Source: Trichlorobacter sp. (GTDB lineage: Bacteria; Desulfobacterota; Desulfuromonadia; Geobacterales; Pseudopelobacteraceae). Taken from it: DNA of 64,000 nucleotides. This document shows, in pieces, positions 1 through 10,203 of this stretch (its first letter is position 1; every line of letters begins with the position of its first letter). The notes under the pieces were generated by a model, which saw only the letters and a list, made by a program, of their open reading frames with translations, had not been told where the DNA came from and did no database searches. Position numbers and translations under genes: made by a program. The DNA is taken from NCBI GenBank assembly GCA_034007105.1, contig JAVERM010000001.1:8434-72433 (forward strand). Direction: 5' to 3'.

Positions 1-1515
1 AACATGTTGCTGGTGGTTGATGCAGCCTCCAACCTGCAAAAAATTGCCAATCTGCTTACAGCCATTGATACAGCACAGCGTCGTGATGGCGGTGAACTTA
101 TCTACCTGCAACATAGTAATGCCGATGGCGTGGCTGCAATTTTGCGGGAATGGCTTGGTGGCAAAGGCACCCGCGCACCCAACCTTGGCAGTGGCGGTCA
201 GCAGCCGATCAGCACCGCTGGCGTACAGATATTCCCTGACCAACGTCTAAATGCCTTACTGGTTTTTGCATCTGAGCAGGACAAGCAGGATATCCGCAAC
301 CTGGTAAAGCTTATGGATATCCCGCCTCCCACTGACAGCAGCAAAATAAACGTGGTCTTTCTTGAACATACCGATGCCGCGGAAATGGCAAAAGTGCTTG
401 AAGGAGTAATCAAAGGTATATCTGCAAAAAGCACAACCAGACCTGGTGCAGCTGCTGCCACAACACCGCAGATGTCACCCATTGACAGCGGCAATATCAC
501 CATAACAGCAGATGAAACCACCAACGCACTGGTGATTATGGCTTCACCCACTGATTACAACAACATCCTGCAAGTGGTTAAAAAACTGGATCGCCGCAGC
601 AAACAGGTATTTGTACAGGTGCTGATTGCCGAAGTATCCCCCTCCAAATCAAACAGCCTTGGTACCCAGGCCGGTGCGCTGGCTGCCGGTACTTTGGGCA
701 AATACTTCCAGGGTGGCGGTCTGTACGATCCGTTTGGTGCCTTTGGACAGATTCTGGGTGGCGGGACATCTGGCACAGGTGCCGGCATCTCCGGTCTTAT
801 CGGCGACAGGCTTAATGATACCGACCGCCCTGTCACTGGTGCTGCACTGTTGCAGGCAATGGAGGCAGAAGGGATGCTGAACATCCTTTCCACCCCCAAC
901 ATACTTACCACCGACAACAAGGAAGCTGAAATCAATGTTGGTGAAAACGTACCTTTCCAGGGTGCCACCAACACCATTGTAGGGGGCGGCACCACCTCAT
1001 CGGTGGAGCGTAAGGATATCGGTATCAACCTGAAGATAAAGCCCCAGGTAAGCGAAGGCGAGTATATCCGCATGGATATTTACCAGGAAATTTCGGCTGT
1101 TAAAAATGATAAGGGGCAAGCCATTGACCTGGTAACTACCAAACGCTCGGCAAAAACCAGCGTGGTGGTCAGGGACAAGGAAACCATTGTCATCGGCGGG
1201 CTGATTCAGGACACTGAAGACACCAGTATCACCAAAATCCCCATTCTGGGCGACATCCCGCTTTTGGGTTGGCTGTTTAAGGTAAAGAGCAAAACCCGCC
1301 AAAAAACCAATCTGATGATTCTGCTTACCCCGCAAATCGTCAAGGATGATGCTGACCTTTACAATGTTTCCCGTGAGCAGCGCAGCCGTTTTGATTCATC
1401 CAGCAAAGAGTTTGGCAAGGTGGATGTGGAAAAAACTGTCACCGAACAGTTTGAGCAGATAAAGCATAACGAACAGGATAAAACAGACAACCAGCCAGCG
1501 GTGGAAAATGAGTAA
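1..1515 (+). CDS. gspD: Type II secretion secretin GspD (5' truncated by window edge)
   Basis: Secretin N-domain repeats and C-terminal signature (ILSTPNILTTDNKEAEINVGE, KIPILGDIPLLGWLF); first gene of gsp run. Confidence 0.95.
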   Translation, partial: NMLLVVDAASNLQKIANLLTAIDTAQRRDGGELIYLQHSNADGVAAILREWLGGKGTRAPNLGSGGQQPISTAGVQIFPDQRLNALLVFASEQDKQDIRNLVKLMDIPPPTDSSKINVVFLEHTDAAEMAKVLEGVIKGISAKSTTRPGAAAATTPQMSPIDSGNITITADETTNALVIMASPTDYNNILQVVKKLDRRSKQVFVQVLIAEVSPSKSNSLGTQAGALAAGTLGKYFQGGGLYDPFGAFGQILGGGTSGTGAGISGLIGDRLNDTDRPVTGAALLQAMEAEGMLNILSTPNILTTDNKEAEINVGENVPFQGATNTIVGGGTTSSVERKDIGINLKIKPQVSEGEYIRMDIYQEISAVKNDKGQAIDLVTTKRSAKTSVVVRDKETIVIGGLIQDTEDTSITKIPILGDIPLLGWLFKVKSKTRQKTNLMILLTPQIVKDDADLYNVSREQRSRFDSSSKEFGKVDVEKTVTEQFEQIKHNEQDKTDNQPAVENE

Positions 1516-3073
1516 GGAACAGCCTCAGGATAACCAGCGTCAACTGGCGGAACAGTTGGGACTTGCCTACAGCGAAGTTATTGATGATACGCAGGCAGAT
1601 ACCACACTGCTTGCCAGGCTGCCCCTTTCCTTTGCCCGCTCTCGTTTGCTGCTGCCTTTATCTGAAAAAGACGGACAACTGCTGTTGGCTGTGGGCAAAC
1701 CGCTTGACCTGCTGGTTCAGGATGAAGTTGCCCAGCTTTACGGTATGCCGTTATCAGTACTGGTGGCACCGGAAGAAGAGGTGCTGGCAGCCATCAACCG
1801 CCTTTACACCCGCACCGCCGGCAGTGCTGCCGACCTGGTGGAAAACCTGGTTGCCGATGATCTTTCTGCCATTGCCACCGAACTTGCCCACCCAAAGGAT
1901 CTGCTGGATCTTACTGATGAAGCACCGGTAATCAGGCTTTTAAACGCCATCCTTTTTCAGGCAGTAAAAGAGCGTGCCAGTGATATCCATATTGAGCCAT
2001 ATGAGCGTACCATGGAGGTACGCTTTCGCATTGACGGTATCTTGCACCTTAAACTGGAGCCGCCCAAACTGTTGCAGGAAGCACTGGTATCCAGGGTCAA
2101 AATCATGTCCTCCCTTAATATTGCTGAAAAAAGATTGCCCCAGGATGGTCGTTTTAAGGTGCTGGTGGCAGGTCATGAGGTGGATATAAGGGTTTCACTG
2201 GTGCCAACTTTTTTTGGTGAGCGTACTGTTTTACGTCTGCTGGATCGTAAACAGGGTGTGCGCTCTTTAAGTGACATCGGCTTTTCCCACCGCGATGTAA
2301 CCCTGATGGAGCGGCTGATTGCCCGTACAAACGGCATTGTTCTGGTAACCGGTCCCACTGGCAGCGGTAAAACCACCACCCTTTATGCAGCCCTTTCAAG
2401 GTTAAACCGTCAGGAACGCAACCTGATTACCATTGAAGATCCCATAGAATACCAGCTTTCCGGCGTGGGGCAGATTCAGGTCAACTCCAGAATTGACCTT
2501 ACCTTTGCTGCTGGTTTACGTGCGGTTTTGCGTCAGGATCCGGACGTAATCATGGTTGGTGAGATTCGCGATGCCGAAACAGCCGAAATAGCCATGCAGG
2601 CATCTTTAACCGGTCACCTGGTGCTGTCCACCCTGCATACAAACGATGCTGCCACTGCCATCACCAGATTGATCGATATGGGAATAGAACCGTTTATGGT
2701 GGCATCATCACTTTCCGGAATCCTGGCACAGCGGCTTGTGCGTACCATCTGCCCCCACTGTAAAGAAGCTTACAAAAATGATCAGCAGATTCATGGCCTG
2801 CCGGAAACCCTTTATCGTGGTCGTGGCTGCGACCACTGCTATGGTCAGGGAACTCTGGGCAGAATCGGAATTTACGAGCTTTTACCCATAGATGCCGAAC
2901 TTTGCGGCATGATTACCCGCCGCTGCTCTGCCGGTGAAATCAAGGAATACGCCATCAGCAAAGGGATGAAGACCATCCGTGAAGATGGTATGGCAAAAGT
3001 CGCCGCCGGAATCACTACCCTGGAAGAAGTACTGCGGGTAACACAGGAAGAATATGCCGAGCTACCGGTATAA
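1508..3073 (+). CDS. gspE: Type II secretion ATPase GspE
   Basis: Walker A GPTGSGKTT, TIEDPIE, LRQDPDVIMVGEIRD, ASLTGHLVLSTLHTN, two CxxC pairs. Confidence 0.96.
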   Translation: MSKEQPQDNQRQLAEQLGLAYSEVIDDTQADTTLLARLPLSFARSRLLLPLSEKDGQLLLAVGKPLDLLVQDEVAQLYGMPLSVLVAPEEEVLAAINRLYTRTAGSAADLVENLVADDLSAIATELAHPKDLLDLTDEAPVIRLLNAILFQAVKERASDIHIEPYERTMEVRFRIDGILHLKLEPPKLLQEALVSRVKIMSSLNIAEKRLPQDGRFKVLVAGHEVDIRVSLVPTFFGERTVLRLLDRKQGVRSLSDIGFSHRDVTLMERLIARTNGIVLVTGPTGSGKTTTLYAALSRLNRQERNLITIEDPIEYQLSGVGQIQVNSRIDLTFAAGLRAVLRQDPDVIMVGEIRDAETAEIAMQASLTGHLVLSTLHTNDAATAITRLIDMGIEPFMVASSLSGILAQRLVRTICPHCKEAYKNDQQIHGLPETLYRGRGCDHCYGQGTLGRIGIYELLPIDAELCGMITRRCSAGEIKEYAISKGMKTIREDGMAKVAAGITTLEEVLRVTQEEYAELPV

Positions 3074-4271
3074 AGGATACCGTGAAAACGGCAAGGAGCT
3101 TTCAGGCACACTGGAAGCCGACTCACTGCGCACAGCCAGAGAGCTTTTACGCCAGAAAAATATCCTGCCCACCGAGATTACTTCGGAAGCAGATATACCA
3201 TTTGCAAAGCGTGATGTTTTGCAACAGTTTAAACGCCGCGTTCCGGTGGCAGCCCTGGCACTTTTCACCCGTCGGCTGGCAACCCTGGCTGCCGCATCAG
3301 TGCCGATACATGAAGCACTGACCGCCCTTTACAACCAGGAACAACACCATGAGCTGCGGGCAGTTTTGGGCAGAGTGCGGGAAAGGCTTGCCGAAGGCGC
3401 ACCGCTGGCACGCTCGCTGGCAGAAGAGCCAAAGGTTTTTAACGCCGGCTACGTAGCCATGGTTGCTGCCGGTGAAACCGGTGGTGCCCTGGACAGGATT
3501 CTGCAAAGGCTAGCTGATTTTCAGGAACGGCAAGAAGAGATACGGCGTACTGTAAGTGCAGCAATGGCATACCCGATTTTAATGGCACTGGTCAGCAGCG
3601 GGGTAATGGTTTTCCTGCTCACCTACGTGATTCCCAAAATAACCGGCATATTTGCCGATAACAAGGCAGCACTGCCCATACTCACCGTAATCCTGCTCAA
3701 GGTTAGTGCAATTTTACGCAGCGGCTGGTGGATTATTTTACTATTGCTGGTTTTAATAACCATCGGCTATCGTCATCTGGCAAAAAAAGAGAGCTTTCTG
3801 GTGCTGCGTGACCGCCTTGTTTTACGTGCGCCGGTGCTGGGCGGTCTGCTGCAAACATTGGCACTGGCACGCTTTTCAAGGGTGCTTGGGCTTTTGCTGG
3901 GCAGCGGCGTACCACTTTTGCGCAGCCTTGAAATCAGTGGAGATGCAGTGGTAAACCGCAGCTACCGCAAGGTGCTGGATGAAGCCCGCATCACTGTCTC
4001 GGAAGGGGGCAGCCTTTCGGCAACCCTGGAACGCTCTCCACTTTTTCCGCCTCTGCTCACCCATCTTATATCCGTAGGTGAAAAAAGCGGTGCCCTGGAG
4101 GAAAGTCTTGAAACTGCCGGGCGCAGCTTTGAACGGGAATTTGAAGCCCATACAAGCCGGGTAATGGGGCTTTTGGAACCAATGATGGTACTGGCAATGG
4201 GATTGATGGTGGGACTGGTGGTAATTGCCGTACTTTTGCCAATCTTCCAGCTAAACGAACTGGCACGCTGA
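3054..4271 (+). CDS. gspF: Type II secretion inner membrane platform GspF
   Basis: Two T2SSF repeats (AAGETGGALD, VGEKSGALE), AMAYP, LLEP motif. Confidence 0.95.
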   Translation: MPSYRYKGYRENGKELSGTLEADSLRTARELLRQKNILPTEITSEADIPFAKRDVLQQFKRRVPVAALALFTRRLATLAAASVPIHEALTALYNQEQHHELRAVLGRVRERLAEGAPLARSLAEEPKVFNAGYVAMVAAGETGGALDRILQRLADFQERQEEIRRTVSAAMAYPILMALVSSGVMVFLLTYVIPKITGIFADNKAALPILTVILLKVSAILRSGWWIILLLLVLITIGYRHLAKKESFLVLRDRLVLRAPVLGGLLQTLALARFSRVLGLLLGSGVPLLRSLEISGDAVVNRSYRKVLDEARITVSEGGSLSATLERSPLFPPLLTHLISVGEKSGALEESLETAGRSFEREFEAHTSRVMGLLEPMMVLAMGLMVGLVVIAVLLPIFQLNELAR

Positions 4272-4307
4272 AAAAAGCTGAATTATGTTAAACAAGGAGG
4301 AACCTGA

Positions 4308-4757
4308 ATGCTGACCCAACAACGTTTCAACAACCGTAAAGGCTTCACCCTGATTGAAATCATGGTGGTAATCGTTATCCTGGCACTGCTGGCAGCCCTG
4401 GTGGGTCCCAAGATTATCGGTCGCTCCGATGATGCCAAACTGGCTGATGCAAAACTGCAAATTCGCAACCTGGAAACCGCGTTAAAGCTGTACAAACTGG
4501 ATAACGGCGTTTACCCGGGCACCGAACAAGGTCTGGAAGCATTGCTTGAAAAACCTGCTGTAGGACATATACCGCGCAACTACCGTGCTGGTGGCTACCT
4601 GGAAGGTAAAAATCTGCCCAAAGACCCCTGGGGTGGCGAATATATCTACATCTCTCCAAGTGAGCATGGTGATTATGAAATCTGCACCCTTGGTGCCGAT
4701 GGTGTCAGGGGCGGTGAAGGCGTAGCAGCAGATATCTGCAACTGGAACATTCAGTAA
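4308..4757 (+). CDS. gspG: Major pseudopilin GspG
   Basis: Prepilin site KG|FTLIEIMVV; [12 protein letters not shown] and LPKDPWG motifs. Confidence 0.96.
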   Translation: MLTQQRFNNRKGFTLIEIMVVIVILALLAALVGPKIIGRSDDAKLADAKLQIRNLETALKLYKLDNGVYPGTEQGLEALLEKPAVGHIPRNYRAGGYLEGKNLPKDPWGGEYIYISPSEHGDYEICTLGADGVRGGEGVAADICNWNIQ

Positions 4758-4776
4758 TCACAACAAAGGCTGCACC

Positions 4777-5292
4777 TTGAAATGGAATCATAACAACAGC
4801 GGCTTTACTCTCCTTGAACTGGTGGTAGTCGTTGCAATTCTGTCACTGGTAATGTTGCTGGTTATCCCCAGGTTGCCCGCCTCAGGAGAATCTGCACTGC
4901 GCACCTCCACCCGCCAGCTGGCTGCACAACTGCGCTACCTTAATGAAAGGGCAGCCATAGGTAAAATTGGCAACCACCGTTTGCGGGTAGACCTGGATGA
5001 GCAAAAAATCGAGATTGTGCGCCGCAGTGTAACCGGTGAGGAGGTTCCGCCGGATGACCTTGCCCTGACACGCAACCCGCTGCTTGAAGGAGTTACAATT
5101 ACGGATATCCATACCGAGCGTCATGGCACGGTAAAAGAGGGGATAGTACGTATCGGATATGGTGCAAGTGGTCTGTCCGAAGCATTGCTTTTTCATCTGC
5201 AAGCAGAAAACGGAGCTGCCACAACCATACAGGCTTTACCGGTTAACGGAATTGTCCGTATTGCTGAAGGCTATCTGGAGGAGTTTAAATGA
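4777..5292 (+). CDS. gspH: Minor pseudopilin GspH
   Basis: G|FTLLELVVV prepilin motif; position after gspG; TTG start. Confidence 0.8.
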   Translation: MKWNHNNSGFTLLELVVVVAILSLVMLLVIPRLPASGESALRTSTRQLAAQLRYLNERAAIGKIGNHRLRVDLDEQKIEIVRRSVTGEEVPPDDLALTRNPLLEGVTITDIHTERHGTVKEGIVRIGYGASGLSEALLFHLQAENGAATTIQALPVNGIVRIAEGYLEEFK

Positions 5293-5645
5293 GCAGCAGT
5301 TCCTCCGCCGGCTTTACCCTGTTGGAAGTACTGGTAGCCCTTGCCATTATGGCTGGCGCATTGACCACCCTGGTGGTTTCATTTAACTACCATCTTTCCA
5401 TAACCTTGCGGGATCGTGAAGAAACCACCGCCTTGTTGCTGGGACGCTCCTTGCTGGATGACCCTGAATTTAGGACAAGCAGCGAGAATAAAGGGGATTT
5501 TTCACCGGAACATCCGGATTACAAGTGGCAGCAGGAAACCACTAACTCGCCTTTTCCAGGACTTGATCGTTATCTGCTGACCATCTCCTGGCAAGATGGC
5601 GCCCGTACCCTTGCACTGGTGACCTATGGCCGTGGCAGTCTTTAG
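5289..5645 (+). CDS. gspI: Minor pseudopilin GspI
   Basis: G|FTLLEVLVALAI motif, 118 aa, operon position. Confidence 0.85.
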   Translation: MSSSSSAGFTLLEVLVALAIMAGALTTLVVSFNYHLSITLRDREETTALLLGRSLLDDPEFRTSSENKGDFSPEHPDYKWQQETTNSPFPGLDRYLLTISWQDGARTLALVTYGRGSL

Positions 5646-6285
5646 TCGGAAGCGGCATAAAAGGAAGCTTCAACAAAACAGTGGTTTTACATTGCTGGAG
5701 CTTTTAGTGGCACTGGCAATCGGTTCTTTGATTATTGCTGCCGCTTATACTGTGTTTTTTTCAATTAACCGCGCCCAGGAAATCGCTGTAACTGATATGG
5801 AGCAACGCCGCGCCCTGCGTGCCACCATGGATCTGCTGCGTCGCGAGCTTTCTTCTGTTCTTTACCGTACTGGTGATGAAAACCTGCGCTTTTTGGTGGA
5901 AGACCGCGACTTTTTTGACAAACCAGCCTCAAACCTGAGCTTTACCACCATTGCACCACCGGCAGATGGCGGTGTTTCCGATCAGTTGTCGCTGCTTTAT
6001 CAACTGTCAGAAAAGGAGAATGAAGAGGAAAATCTGCAACTTATCCGCATTGCCAAGGATTTTTTTCTGGATGAAGAACAGTACACACTGACCGGATACC
6101 CGATTATGGAGCATCTGGAAGGTTTTTTTGTGGAATGTTACGATGGTTCCCAATGGCAAAAAAGCTGGGATACGGCATTAACACCGGTTCTGCCGCGGTC
6201 AGTCAGAGTTACCATCAGCCTTAAAGACCGCGACCAGGTTGTTTCATACAGCATGACAACCACCCCGAAAGTGGTCATACAATGA
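5626..6285 (+). CDS. gspJ: Minor pseudopilin GspJ
   Basis: G|FTLLELLVAL motif; C-terminal WQKSWD..LPRSVRVTI. Confidence 0.88.
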   Translation: MAVAVFSRKRHKRKLQQNSGFTLLELLVALAIGSLIIAAAYTVFFSINRAQEIAVTDMEQRRALRATMDLLRRELSSVLYRTGDENLRFLVEDRDFFDKPASNLSFTTIAPPADGGVSDQLSLLYQLSEKENEEENLQLIRIAKDFFLDEEQYTLTGYPIMEHLEGFFVECYDGSQWQKSWDTALTPVLPRSVRVTISLKDRDQVVSYSMTTTPKVVIQ

Positions 6286-7211
6286 AAAACCGTCAGGGCT
6301 TTGCACTGGTAATTGTACTGATTCTGGTTGCACTTTTAACTGGTATCACCGTGCTTTTCATCACCGATGTTCAGCAGGAAACCGGCTCAAACCGCAACTC
6401 CATCAACAGCGTACAGGGTGGTCTGTTTGCCGAAGGTGGTATTGAAGGAGCTTTACAGCTTTTAAGCTTTACCCTTGGAGCCAACGATTACACCACATTG
6501 GAAGATACCTGGGCAAAGCCCATCCTGCTGGAAGAAGAGCAAGGTCGCCTGCTGGTAACCATTATTGATGAAAGCGGCAAACTTAACCTGAACACAGTTG
6601 TATTGCCCAACGGGATGCTTAATGAGCCGTACAACAAGATGATGCGTAATCTTTTCAGAATACAGCAACTACCGGAAGATATGGTGGATGCCATTGCAGA
6701 CTGGATTGATCTGGGGGATACCCCCAACCCTTCCGGTGCAGAAACCGACTGGTACCGCTCACAACGGCCATTTATAAAACCGCGCAACGGGTATATGCTT
6801 ACTGTTGATGAACTGAACAGAATCAAAGGTTTTGATGGTGATACAGTTGACAAACTGCGCCCGTTTGTAACGGTTTATGCTGAAGGACAGTTGGGATCAC
6901 CGGCATCACCGATTAATATCAATACTGCACCAAGGGAAGTGCTGGCAGCTCTGGATGAAAATATGTCCTTGTCCCTTGCCGACCGGATTATTGAACACCG
7001 CAAAACCAATCCGTTCAAAAATCCGGCAGAGCTTGTACAGGTTCCAGGCATGTCCAGCATTGCCACTGCCTTATCCACCAGCATCAGCACCAAAGGGTAT
7101 GTTTACCGGATTCTTGCTGAAGCCACGGTAGGTGATACTGTACGGGTAATAGAAGCGGTAGCCCGCTTTGCCGGATCAACACCTTATATAATTTATTGGC
7201 GAGAGTTTTAG
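6282..7211 (+). CDS. gspK: Minor pseudopilin GspK
   Basis: G|FALVIVL without Glu5, DESGKLNLN, AIADWID, ININTA motifs. Confidence 0.93.
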   Translation: MKNRQGFALVIVLILVALLTGITVLFITDVQQETGSNRNSINSVQGGLFAEGGIEGALQLLSFTLGANDYTTLEDTWAKPILLEEEQGRLLVTIIDESGKLNLNTVVLPNGMLNEPYNKMMRNLFRIQQLPEDMVDAIADWIDLGDTPNPSGAETDWYRSQRPFIKPRNGYMLTVDELNRIKGFDGDTVDKLRPFVTVYAEGQLGSPASPININTAPREVLAALDENMSLSLADRIIEHRKTNPFKNPAELVQVPGMSSIATALSTSISTKGYVYRILAEATVGDTVRVIEAVARFAGSTPYIIYWREF

Positions 7212-8522
7212 ATGATCATCCAAACCATACAATTAACAGGCGAGCAGATTATCGGTGCCCGTTTCAGGCGCAACGGCACAGAAGTAACACCGGTCAGCGG
7301 TTTTTGCCTGCCTTTTACCACAGAGGAAGAGCTTGGCGAAACCCTGAAAGTCCAATGCCCGCCAGTATCTGAAGATATCCGCACGATTTTGATACTGCCG
7401 CCCGCGATGATCACCCTGAGGGAGCTGCCACTGCCCTTTGGCGATCGTCGCAAGGTACGTGCAGTACTGCCATTGGAACTTGCCGGGGAAACTGCACGGG
7501 AAACCGAAGCATTACTTTGCGATGCCATACCGCTTGATTCAGGCAACTGGCTGGCTGGCTGGCTGGAAAAATCAGACCTTGAGCCTTTGATTGAGCAGTT
7601 GCGTCAGGCAGACATGGACCCGGAGATTGTTACTGTTGCCTGCTTTAACTGGCAATATCTGTTTAACTTCGACCATGGGCAGGAGCAGCCGGTAACCGCT
7701 GTTTATGATGATAAAGCCATGTTGGTAACAAAAAACGGCAAGCCTTTTTTCTGCCGTCACCTGGGCAGCAGCAAAGCCAGTGCAGCGCAAACAGTTGCCA
7801 CGCTGGAGCTTAACCACAAGATAAAAATCAGCCAACGATTTTGCATCAGTAGCCGCAGTAACAGACAGCTGGCAGAGCAGGAAAAACCGCTGCCTTTGCC
7901 CACAGCACTGGCCACAGGGATAAGCAGCGGTGAGATGCAGCCCGGCAACCTGCTTTCTCCCTATGCTGCGGCAACTGCCTACTGCTCTGGCGAGCCGATG
8001 TTTAACCTGCGTACCGGCAGTTTGGCATGGACAGGACGCAGCAGCCGTCTTTTGCGCACTTTCCGCATCCCGCTTGTTTTGCTTACCATCCTGCTAATAC
8101 TTTTATTTGCCGAGCTGGGAGTACGCTGGCGATTACTGACAACTGATCTGACTGCCCTAGACAGCTCTATCAGCAAAATTTACAAGGATGTTTTTCCAAA
8201 TCGTAAAAAAGCAATGGATGAAAGTGCAGAGCTGAAAGCTGAAATTAAAAGACTTGAGGGCAGTGCTTCTTCCCTGCATCCTCTGCCGTTTCTAAAACTT
8301 CTGGCTGAAGCCAAAGGTGAGGGAATCAGCGGAATCACGGAAATCGATCTGGATGAAAACAGATTTATGCTGAAAGGTGATGCTGCCTCGGCAGTTGATG
8401 TAACCACTTTCAGACAACGGCTGACCAGTGGTACGACGGTTCCGGATCAGCCGGAAATTACCACCCGCCCCAACAAAACCATACTGTTTACCCTGCGCGG
8501 CAGCCACGGAGGTAGCAAATAA
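7212..8522 (+). CDS. gspL: Type II secretion GspL-like protein
   Basis: Cytoplasmic domain, single TM near aa 285-305, periplasmic tail; position between gspK and gspM. Confidence 0.8.
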   Translation: MIIQTIQLTGEQIIGARFRRNGTEVTPVSGFCLPFTTEEELGETLKVQCPPVSEDIRTILILPPAMITLRELPLPFGDRRKVRAVLPLELAGETARETEALLCDAIPLDSGNWLAGWLEKSDLEPLIEQLRQADMDPEIVTVACFNWQYLFNFDHGQEQPVTAVYDDKAMLVTKNGKPFFCRHLGSSKASAAQTVATLELNHKIKISQRFCISSRSNRQLAEQEKPLPLPTALATGISSGEMQPGNLLSPYAAATAYCSGEPMFNLRTGSLAWTGRSSRLLRTFRIPLVLLTILLILLFAELGVRWRLLTTDLTALDSSISKIYKDVFPNRKKAMDESAELKAEIKRLEGSASSLHPLPFLKLLAEAKGEGISGITEIDLDENRFMLKGDAASAVDVTTFRQRLTSGTTVPDQPEITTRPNKTILFTLRGSHGGSK

Positions 8523-9070
8523 TGAGTACCATTGCCGCCATTAAAGAACGTTTCAACAACCTTGATCATGATTTGCGCCGGCTGCTGATTATTGCCTGCT
8601 GCCTTACAGCAGTGCTGATCACGGCATATGTAATGATTTTCGGGCATCTTAAAAAACTGGAAATCCGCAAAGCTTCCCGTGAGCAAACCCTGACAGAGAT
8701 GATGATCCTTAAACAACGGCACAGGGAAGCATCAGTTGCCGCATCCCGTCTTACCAACCGGCTGACAGCTGTAACAACAGAAGATACACCGGCACTTTTG
8801 ATTGAGCAAAGTGGCATCAACATCCGTGGCGGCATCCAGTCCAAACCTCTGCCCCGCGCCGAGCAGGATGGTCTTATTGAAGATGGTGCTGAAATCACCC
8901 TGAATGGACTTACCTCAAACGAACTGGTTAACCTGCTGCACCGCCTTGAACAACATCAAAAGCCGGTGGTTATCCGCCGTTTCAATGCCAAGACCAACTT
9001 TGATGATCCTTCCCGCATTGATCTGATTATTTCCCTTTCATTACTGCGTGCTGCCGCTGAGGGACGCTGA
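8522..9070 (+). CDS. gspM: Type II secretion GspM-like protein
   Basis: N-terminal TM, coiled coil, ELVNLLHRLE ferredoxin-like tail; operon position. Confidence 0.78.
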   Translation: MSTIAAIKERFNNLDHDLRRLLIIACCLTAVLITAYVMIFGHLKKLEIRKASREQTLTEMMILKQRHREASVAASRLTNRLTAVTTEDTPALLIEQSGINIRGGIQSKPLPRAEQDGLIEDGAEITLNGLTSNELVNLLHRLEQHQKPVVIRRFNAKTNFDDPSRIDLIISLSLLRAAAEGR

Positions 9071-9074
9071 CCCG

Positions 9075-9896
9075 ATGAAAAAACTGCTGACAGGCTGCGC
9101 ACTGTTTTTTGCATTTATAATCCTGTTGTTTATGCTGGTGCTGGTGATGATTCCTGATCAGGTGGTTAGCCAGTTTGTTATTCAGACTGCTGCCAGCCAA
9201 GGGATTAAGCTACAGGCAAGACAACTGGGTACTGCCCTGCCCCTGGGTCTTAAAGGACGGGAAATCAGCATTATGGACAGGGAAAAAACCCTGGTCAGTA
9301 TTGATAATGCTGCTGTCCGCCTGCGGATTCTGCCACTTTTTACAGGCAAGGTGGCCCTGTCTGTAAAGGCGAACATCGGTGCTGGCAAAGGCAGCGGTAA
9401 TATTTATGTTTACCCAAAGCAGGCAGGCAGTTTTCAGATAACAGACTTGGAGCTGGCTGCCATACCGGTGCTTGCCAACGCCATTGAAGGTGACATTAAA
9501 GGCACTGTAAAAGTTGATGCCCAGTTTAAAGATAATAGTGGTGAAGCAAAGCTGCGTATAAACTCCCTTGGTCTTTCCAAAGCAAAATTTGCTGCCATGC
9601 CGCTGCCTGATCTGACTGTTCCGGAAACCCGCGGACTGCTCAGGTTTAACAACAACAAAGTAAATATCACCAACATGGCAATGCAGGGAGAGGGAATCTA
9701 CCTGCGCCTTAATGGTTCTCTTTCCTTAAATCCCGATGCACCGCTTAATCTTAAACTGGAGCTTTTACCCTCTGCCGAGCTGCTGGAAAAGCAGAAATCC
9801 GTTTTTTTGATTATGCTCCCCTACACTGTTGCGCCAGGTCGCTACACACTGCCCATTGGTGGAACTCTCTCTGCACCGCAGCTGATTTCACGCTGA
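9075..9896 (+). CDS. gspN: Type II secretion GspN-like protein
   Basis: N-terminal TM then beta-rich domain; last gene of gsp run; ATG at 9075 preferred over upstream GTG. Confidence 0.75.
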   Translation: MKKLLTGCALFFAFIILLFMLVLVMIPDQVVSQFVIQTAASQGIKLQARQLGTALPLGLKGREISIMDREKTLVSIDNAAVRLRILPLFTGKVALSVKANIGAGKGSGNIYVYPKQAGSFQITDLELAAIPVLANAIEGDIKGTVKVDAQFKDNSGEAKLRINSLGLSKAKFAAMPLPDLTVPETRGLLRFNNNKVNITNMAMQGEGIYLRLNGSLSLNPDAPLNLKLELLPSAELLEKQKSVFLIMLPYTVAPGRYTLPIGGTLSAPQLISR

Positions 9897-9919
9897 ACCT
9901 GTTTAACCCAAAAAACTCC

Positions 9920-10064
9920 AGCCACGAATTTACACGAATAAACACAAATGAAATCAAAGGCTTTCAATAGGTATAAACGAATACTGTTCGGATTGCAGAC
10001 TTACTTGCAGTTAACAGACTTAAATTCTTATAAAATTCGTTTGGATTAGTGTTAATTCGTGGCT
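9920..10064. repeat. 145-bp intergenic element with 30-bp imperfect terminal inverted repeats
   Basis: Left AGCCACGAATTTACACGAATAAACACAAAT (9920-9949) vs reverse complement of 10035-10064 AGCCACGAATTAACACTAATCCAAACGAAT: 24/30 match, built from ~10-bp ACACGAAT units. Confidence 0.8.
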
Positions 10065-10203
10065 AATTGCTTTATTTGAGTTTAATCAGAGTCAGAACGG
10101 TAGAAAGATTGCCAAGCAGATTAAACATGCTAGAATAGTAGTTTACAAAATGTGTGCATCTGGTCTGTCTGTGAATAAAAAACACGAAAGGGCTTACATC
10201 AAT

